Positions 58,782 to 64,000 of a stretch of 64,000 nucleotides of DNA are shown here, piece by piece; the first letter of the stretch is position 1; each line of letters starts with the position of its first letter. Below the pieces are notes generated by a model, which worked only from the letters and a program-made list of their open reading frames with translations, had not been told where the DNA came from and made no database searches. This stretch comes from Phormidesmis sp. (lineage in GTDB: Bacteria; Cyanobacteriota; Cyanobacteriia; Leptolyngbyales; Leptolyngbyaceae): contig CBDFJR010000002.1 of assembly GCA_965248535.1 (NCBI GenBank), positions 1,664,001 through 1,728,000 of the forward strand, in the 5' to 3' direction. The translations under genes were made by a program, and so were the position numbers.

Positions 58782-60713
58782 TTGAACCAGCAATATTGGA
58801 GGCGACTGAACCAGCAAGCAAAGATTTGGCGATCGGGAGCATTGCCCGGATTTGTGGTGATTGCCTGCGTGGTGATTGCCCGTCTGACTGGCTCTCTACA
58901 GGTTTTAGAGTGGATGGCCTTTGATCAAGTGCTGCGATCGCGCCCGGTTGAGTCGGTAGAATCGCAAATTGTGATCGTCGGGATTAATGAGAACGACATC
59001 AAAACGATTGGCAAATATCCCATTCCCGATCGAGAGTTAGCAGCCCTACTGCAAAGGCTGCAAAGCTATCACCCAAGAGCGATCGGGTTAGATATCTTTC
59101 GCGATGTGACAACCGGATCAAGTCGGGCAGAACTAGCCGAAGTCTTCAGCAACAGTTCCAATCTAGTCGGCATTGAAATGGCGTTAAGTCCAAATATTGC
59201 ACTGACGGTAAAACCGCCGCCAGAGTTGCCGCCTGAGCGGATTGGTCTTGCAGATGTTGTCATTGACCCAGATGGTAAATTGCGGCGCAGTTTGTTAGCA
59301 AGCAAAGTCGATGATAAAACAAAGTATTCACTTTCATTGTTGTTGGCAGCGATGTATCTGCGATTAGCGCAAAGCACAACTCCGAAGGAACCGCAAGGAA
59401 TCGCCCTTCAGCAGGGAAGTCGCGCCAGTGATCCGATTCAGTTTGGGTCGGTGGTGTTGCCTCGGTTTCACAAGAACACGGGAAGCTATGTCAACGCGAA
59501 AGCAGGGGGAAATCAAGTCTTACTAAATTTTCGCAGTCATTCGCAACCGTTTACGATCGTCTCGTTGACCGACGTTTTAACCCATCAAGTGCAGCCAAGT
59601 TTGATCCGCGATCGCATTGTTCTGATTGGCATGACGGCTGCCAGCGTCAATGATACCTTTATGACATCTGCAACAAAAGGCACATTGTTATCGAACGATT
59701 TAAATGACTCAGAACAATATCAATTTCTCTATGGAGTCGAGTATCAAGCCCATGCAACTAGTCAACTGATCAATGCGGTTCTCAATCATAGACCTCTGAT
59801 CCGCACTTGGCTAGAAGGTTGGGAATATGTTTGGATTCTAACTTGGGGATTGTTTGGCATTGCGTTGGGATTGATGCTGCAATCTCCCTGGAAAACACTT
59901 TTAAGTCTTGCGGTTAGCAGTAGCTGCCTGATATTAGTGTGCAATGGCTTGATGATTTTGGGCTGGTGGATTCCGCTTGTTCCTGCCTTGCTGACCTTGG
60001 GTGCGGCTGGGTTGACGACTTCACTCTTTGATCGTGACTCTAGAGTTTTATTAGAGCAGCGTAGTCTAACGTTAAAATGCACCTATGACGCGGTTCACAA
60101 TGGGCCCTTGCAAACACTTGCAGCTATTCTGAGAAGTCTGGATGAAACGCCGTTGCGATCGCAGTTGGAATCGCTAAATCAGGAGTTGCGATCGGTTTAT
60201 GAATCGATGAAACAAGAGTTACTGTTCGGTGAAAATCGCTATATTTATACCCCGATTCCTGAACTGTTGTATCAAATCTATGAAGATACCTTGCAGCGAA
60301 ATCTGCCAGGGTTCTCCTCGATCAAGACTTATGTTCCCCCTGATTTCAACTCGCTTAAAGACTGCTCTTTGACTCCAGAACAAAAACAAGGACTGTGTAT
60401 CTTTCTGCAAGAAGCCCTTTGTAATGTGGGTAAACACGCGATCGCGGCCAGTCGTCTGGATGTTGTCTGTACTCACCAACATGATGAATGGAGCTTACAA
60501 ATTCTCGATAACGGTGTTCAGGTCAAATCTAGCCAGTCTCGTAGTGGACGAGGGACTGATCAGGCGAGAGAATTGGCGCGATCGCTGGGTGGAAAGTTTG
60601 ATCGGCGATCGCGGTCACCGCAAGGAGTTGCGTGTGAAGTGACGTGGCGAGATTCTAAACCGTGGCGGCAACGCCTTTTTCACCTATTTGGGTACTGGTC
60701 AGCGTCTCCTTAA
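58782..60713 (+). CDS. CHASE2 sensor with C-terminal histidine-kinase-like domain
   Basis: IGLDIFRD, DPDG..RR, GVEYQA, 3 TM, HNGPLQ, EALCNV.KHA. Confidence 0.85.
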   Translation: MNQQYWRRLNQQAKIWRSGALPGFVVIACVVIARLTGSLQVLEWMAFDQVLRSRPVESVESQIVIVGINENDIKTIGKYPIPDRELAALLQRLQSYHPRAIGLDIFRDVTTGSSRAELAEVFSNSSNLVGIEMALSPNIALTVKPPPELPPERIGLADVVIDPDGKLRRSLLASKVDDKTKYSLSLLLAAMYLRLAQSTTPKEPQGIALQQGSRASDPIQFGSVVLPRFHKNTGSYVNAKAGGNQVLLNFRSHSQPFTIVSLTDVLTHQVQPSLIRDRIVLIGMTAASVNDTFMTSATKGTLLSNDLNDSEQYQFLYGVEYQAHATSQLINAVLNHRPLIRTWLEGWEYVWILTWGLFGIALGLMLQSPWKTLLSLAVSSSCLILVCNGLMILGWWIPLVPALLTLGAAGLTTSLFDRDSRVLLEQRSLTLKCTYDAVHNGPLQTLAAILRSLDETPLRSQLESLNQELRSVYESMKQELLFGENRYIYTPIPELLYQIYEDTLQRNLPGFSSIKTYVPPDFNSLKDCSLTPEQKQGLCIFLQEALCNVGKHAIAASRLDVVCTHQHDEWSLQILDNGVQVKSSQSRSGRGTDQARELARSLGGKFDRRSRSPQGVACEVTWRDSKPWRQRLFHLFGYWSASP

Positions 60714-60751
60714 CGCGGTTTAATGGAGTATTCCTCTATTTGCCCACAGCC

Positions 60752-61513
60752 ATGAATCATTTAACGATTAGCGCTAGGCGCAACTCTAAAGGAGCCGCAG
60801 CTTGCCAAAAACAGACAGCAACTAGACTAATATCAGGCATCTTGTTGGCAATGTCGCTGATGCCAATTGCAGCATTAGCAGACGATGATAAAGCGCCTCC
60901 TAGTGGCAGATCTGCTGGAGGTAGGGGCTGTGGAACCACCACACAAATTGCTCAATCTAATGTGCCTAGTTTGATCTTACTTTCTCCTCAAGAATCTTCT
61001 AAACAAGCGGTTTCGACTCGCCCCACTTTTGCCTGGTTTGTGCGCGATGCTGCCCCGGTATTAATGGAATTTAGACTTTATGCACAGGACGCAAACAACC
61101 GCTATCAATTGGTTAAAGAGGTTAAAGACGATCAGTTCAAAACATCTCCTGGCATTATGGTGTTGTCACTGGCTCAAACGACTCCTGAGCTTGCGATCGG
61201 GCGATATCGCTGGCAGGTGGTGTTGATCTGCGATCGCAGCCATCCCTCTGGCAATCTCTTTGCTGAATCTGAGCTAGAAGTGGTTCCATTGCCTGCTGAT
61301 TTGAAGACTCGGTTAGAAAAGACCCACGATCGCGCCTCTCAAGCATCGCTCTATGCTCAAGCAGATTTCTGGTATGACGCGCTGGGAACTGCGATCGGTT
61401 CATCTAATACTGGGCTGAAAGATCCACAATTGTCTCTTCTCAACAAAATGATGCTGAACAACACGGAGCAGCAGTTATTACAAAATAGTGCGATTCATCC
61501 GATACAACGGTAG
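60752..61513 (+). CDS. DUF928 family protein
   Basis: GGRGC, RPTFAWFV, YRWQV, WYDAL. Confidence 0.8.
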   Translation: MNHLTISARRNSKGAAACQKQTATRLISGILLAMSLMPIAALADDDKAPPSGRSAGGRGCGTTTQIAQSNVPSLILLSPQESSKQAVSTRPTFAWFVRDAAPVLMEFRLYAQDANNRYQLVKEVKDDQFKTSPGIMVLSLAQTTPELAIGRYRWQVVLICDRSHPSGNLFAESELEVVPLPADLKTRLEKTHDRASQASLYAQADFWYDALGTAIGSSNTGLKDPQLSLLNKMMLNNTEQQLLQNSAIHPIQR

Positions 61514-61617
61514 TGTCATACCAATTTCAAAAATGACTGCAATGCCCATGATTCAACAACCGCTCGAACTAAGAATGTGAGCCACTCCTAAGCTCTAACA
61601 ATCTTGCCATCATTGCA

Positions 61618-61962
61618 CTACCCCGCTGGTTCTTCGGGTAATAGTGGTGCGATTATTGCCAATAATCTAGGAATATTATCTTGAGTTACGTCCCAGACAA
61701 CATCAAAGTCAATTCGATCGTATTGATGGATGATGATGTCTCGCATTCCGGCGATATCTTTCCAGGGAATTTCAGGATGTTGGTTTCGATAGTGACTAGA
61801 TAATCGTTTTGTTGCCTCTCCCATAATTTCAATCTGATATAAGATTGCAGAATGGCGCATCACGTCTGTTTCAAGCTCAGATCGGTTTAGACCTTGAGTA
61901 AAAGTCAGAACACGCTGCCCCGCAAGAAAAATGTCCATTACAGATGCCTTATCTCTGGACAT
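61618..61962 (-). CDS. HEPN/DUF86 toxin (HepT-like)
   Basis: GEA.K, IPW..IAGMRDIIIHQY (RX4HXY). Confidence 0.9.
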   Translation of the reverse strand: MSRDKASVMDIFLAGQRVLTFTQGLNRSELETDVMRHSAILYQIEIMGEATKRLSSHYRNQHPEIPWKDIAGMRDIIIHQYDRIDFDVVWDVTQDNIPRLLAIIAPLLPEEPAG

Positions 61963-62305
61963 AGATTAACCTCGCCGTCCCTAGAATTTCTTTTCGGCGA
62001 ATCCAGTTTTCGCTCTGCCCGATCGATTTTTTTGTGAGCAAGTCTACGCTTCGCATAAACAACGCTGCCAATTCTCGCTTCATTCTGACCAGTTCTAGTA
62101 ATCCACAGACTGCATCAGGATCAACTTGCACCATGACATCGATATCGCTATCGGGGCGAAAATCATCCCGCAGCACAGAGCCAAATAGATAGAATTCCTG
62201 AACGCTCCAACGCTGACAGAATTGAGCAATCTCTGCTTGGGGCAGTTCGATCGCAATTGAGTCAGACAATAACTGAAATCCTGCAACTTCAACTTTTTTC
62301 ATCAC
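61949..62305 (-). CDS. Minimal nucleotidyltransferase antitoxin (MntA-like)
   Basis: FGSVLRDDFRPDSDID (GSX10DXD); overlaps the HEPN gene. Confidence 0.9.
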   Translation of the reverse strand: MMKKVEVAGFQLLSDSIAIELPQAEIAQFCQRWSVQEFYLFGSVLRDDFRPDSDIDVMVQVDPDAVCGLLELVRMKRELAALFMRSVDLLTKKSIGQSENWIRRKEILGTARLIYVQR

Positions 62306-62382
62306 AGTCTTAATGAGGTCAATCAGCGATTCTCAACGTTTCTCAATTTTAACGAACTTGTGGAGTTTTCGACTCACTTACG

Positions 62383-62511
62383 CGATCGCGCCTCTCAATC
62401 ATTCCTCTAGAATCAGACAAATTTTTGGTATGACGCGCTGGGAACTGCGATCGATACAGCACTGAGCAATCGTTATTGCACGACAGTATGATTCATTGTC
62501 TGCAACAATGA
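62383..62511 (+). pseudogene. Degenerate duplicate of the DUF928 gene 3' end
   Basis: 28-bp exact match 62426-62453 vs 61370-61397; tail TEQSLLHDSMIHCLQQ* vs TEQQLLQNSAIHPIQR*. Confidence 0.8.
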
Positions 62512-62596
62512 TGTTATATCTATTGCAACAATGAATACATATAGTTAGGGAGCCTTTCCCAAACGGGAATACTGATGACTCCCTAACCCCAACTTC

Positions 62597-62968
62597 CTAG
62601 AGTTGAATCGTAGTTTTGTTGTGCAACTCCTCCACTTGAATTAAGGAACCCTCACCCAGAACAATGTTGAACTTCATTAAAGAGCGTTCAATTTGATAAC
62701 CGGGCAACACTCGAACAACTTGGTACTCTGTGGTCAAATCACTGGTGCCATCCCATTTGAGAAAGGCCAGTTGATTAGACGCAATCTCACTCAGTTCTGA
62801 GACGAACTCTTCAATGCGATCGCCAACATTCGGAAGAATGCCAGACAGTACAAAAAGATAACGCTCTTGCAAATCTAATCTCACACTGACCCGATAACGT
62901 TTCTCCGTTGAGCATCGCAACTCAACGGTGAACGAAATCGAGCTAGGCACGATCGTCCTAACTGCCAT
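62597..62968 (-). CDS. Conserved hypothetical 123-aa protein, copy 3
   Basis: Paralog of 6612-6983. Confidence 0.85.
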   Translation of the reverse strand: MAVRTIVPSSISFTVELRCSTEKRYRVSVRLDLQERYLFVLSGILPNVGDRIEEFVSELSEIASNQLAFLKWDGTSDLTTEYQVVRVLPGYQIERSLMKFNIVLGEGSLIQVEELHNKTTIQL

Positions 62969-62985
62969 GGTTTTTGTCCTCTCGG

Positions 62986-63105
62986 TTAATTAAAAGAGGA
63001 CAAAAACACGGATCTCTCAGACATTGGGTTGGGGGGAAATCTGTATGCAGGATCTTGATTCCAGCCTTTCAAGATCCCATAGCAAAGCCGACGGTGTACA
63101 ATCAT
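62986..63105 (-). CDS. 39-aa leader ORF, copy 3 (MIVHRRLCYGILKGWNQDPAYRFPPNPMSERSVFLSSFN)
   Basis: AGGAGG RBS; conserved frame and stop. Confidence 0.5.
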   Translation of the reverse strand: MIVHRRLCYGILKGWNQDPAYRFPPNPMSERSVFLSSFN

Positions 63106-63327
63106 GAACGCCTCCTGAGTTACTTGCGCTAACTAGGGATGGAAGTCCTCGGAGTCTGATCTGGTAAATCAGGCTTCGGGGCATAACTCCATCACTGCGG
63201 TGTATTGTACAAGAGTTTTTTGTTTTTTGGAAGGCTGAGTTTTTTGGCAGGAGCGATCGTGGTTTGGTTCCGTCTGCTCTAAGCAAGAAGTTACATCTTA
63301 ATAAATCCACAATCCTAAGAAGGTTAG

Positions 63328-64000
63328 TTAAGCTAGCGATCGCTGGTCAATCTTCGTCTCGTTGCCAGGCACCAATTCAATCGTGCGGTAGCCCAAAGCT
63401 GCTAGCAAATCGGTTTCTGGCAGCTTCACAGGAGCGGGCTTTTCGCCTTTGCCGGGTGTGGGCAACGGGTAAGCAGTAGAGGCAGCCGTCAAAAAACGGA
63501 TATTGCCTTCGGTGTGTTGAATGACTTGATGGATATGTCCACTCAACACCGTCACTGACGAAAAGCGGGACAACAACGACAGCGCCTTAGCTGAATCTCC
63601 GGTTGCCCAACCCCACTTTGGATATAGATCATAAAGGGGGATATGGGTAAACACCACGATCGGGGTCTCTCGTTTTTGGGCAGTCAAATCTTTTTCTAGC
63701 AAGTCTAATTGCGCTTGACCTAGCTCCCCTTTTCCGGTTTCACCAAAATCTAGGACATTTGTGAGGGAGACAAAATGCACTCCGCTCTGATCCCAACGCT
63801 GCAAGCCTTCTTTCACGTCTTTTTGGCTGAACATTTCGGAATAAACTTTGCCACGATCGCCGATCGTGTCATGTTCTCCAGGCAATGTAAACAACGGAAC
63901 TTTCAACTGAGACAAGATTTGTTTTGCCTGATCAAACTCTTCTGGCTTAGACAGATGGCTGATATCTCCAGTGTGAACAACAAAGGCAGGCGGTGTCGGA
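63328..64000 (-). CDS. Calcineurin-like metallophosphoesterase (starts beyond window)
   Basis: HTGDI, PGEHD, HIP, GHIH motifs; frame open to window end. Confidence 0.88.
   Translation of the reverse strand, partial: PTPPAFVVHTGDISHLSKPEEFDQAKQILSQLKVPLFTLPGEHDTIGDRGKVYSEMFSQKDVKEGLQRWDQSGVHFVSLTNVLDFGETGKGELGQAQLDLLEKDLTAQKRETPIVVFTHIPLYDLYPKWGWATGDSAKALSLLSRFSSVTVLSGHIHQVIQHTEGNIRFLTAASTAYPLPTPGKGEKPAPVKLPETDLLAALGYRTIELVPGNETKIDQRSLA

Larger units (their letters stand above)
62575..63260 (-). repeat. Dispersed unit copy 3
   Basis: Same promoter, hairpins, leader ORF, 123-aa ORF and G-rich tail as copies 1 and 2. Confidence 0.95.

Noticed and set aside
63017..63310. 97-aa ORF upstream of unit copy 3
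   Set aside because: Runs through the promoter and is not conserved in copies 1 and 2, unlike the 39-codon leader

Overview
Cyanobacterial chromosomal window, judged from abundant HIP1 GCGATCGC sites and cpcS, petJ, petRP and cmpABCD genes. The backbone carries: the murE 3' end; an Anbu/transglutaminase/alpha-E/ATP-grasp cluster; a Met-rich lipoprotein-thioredoxin-CcdA-MsrPQ-like redox cluster with a sensor kinase; truncated kdpD; pepA; a lytic transglycosylase; petJ/petRP; a MerR-AKR pair; a DXCF cyanobacteriochrome kinase operon; rpsD; yidD; an ars cluster; cmpABCD; ppk2; cysK; a CHASE2 signalling set; and an MNT-HEPN toxin-antitoxin pair. The most unusual part is a HIP1-poor island at about 5.5-14 kb. 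It contains two integron-like platforms with no integrase gene. Each has attC-bounded cassette DNA on the minus strand, a GTT core site, and a 40- or 42-bp periodic array of palindromic sites. Where intI would normally lie, each has a conserved ~700-bp unit: sigma70-like promoter, multi-hairpin leader, unannotated 39-codon leader ORF, an SD-sequestering hairpin, and a 123-aa unknown protein. A third copy of this unit lies at about 62.6-63.3 kb. One attC holds a group IIC-attC intron, another is cut by an IS4 remnant, and an IS5 element splits the promoter of the second unit. Three frame disruptions (intron ORF, sensor kinase, cmpC) may be assembly errors. All calls are by eye, without database searches.
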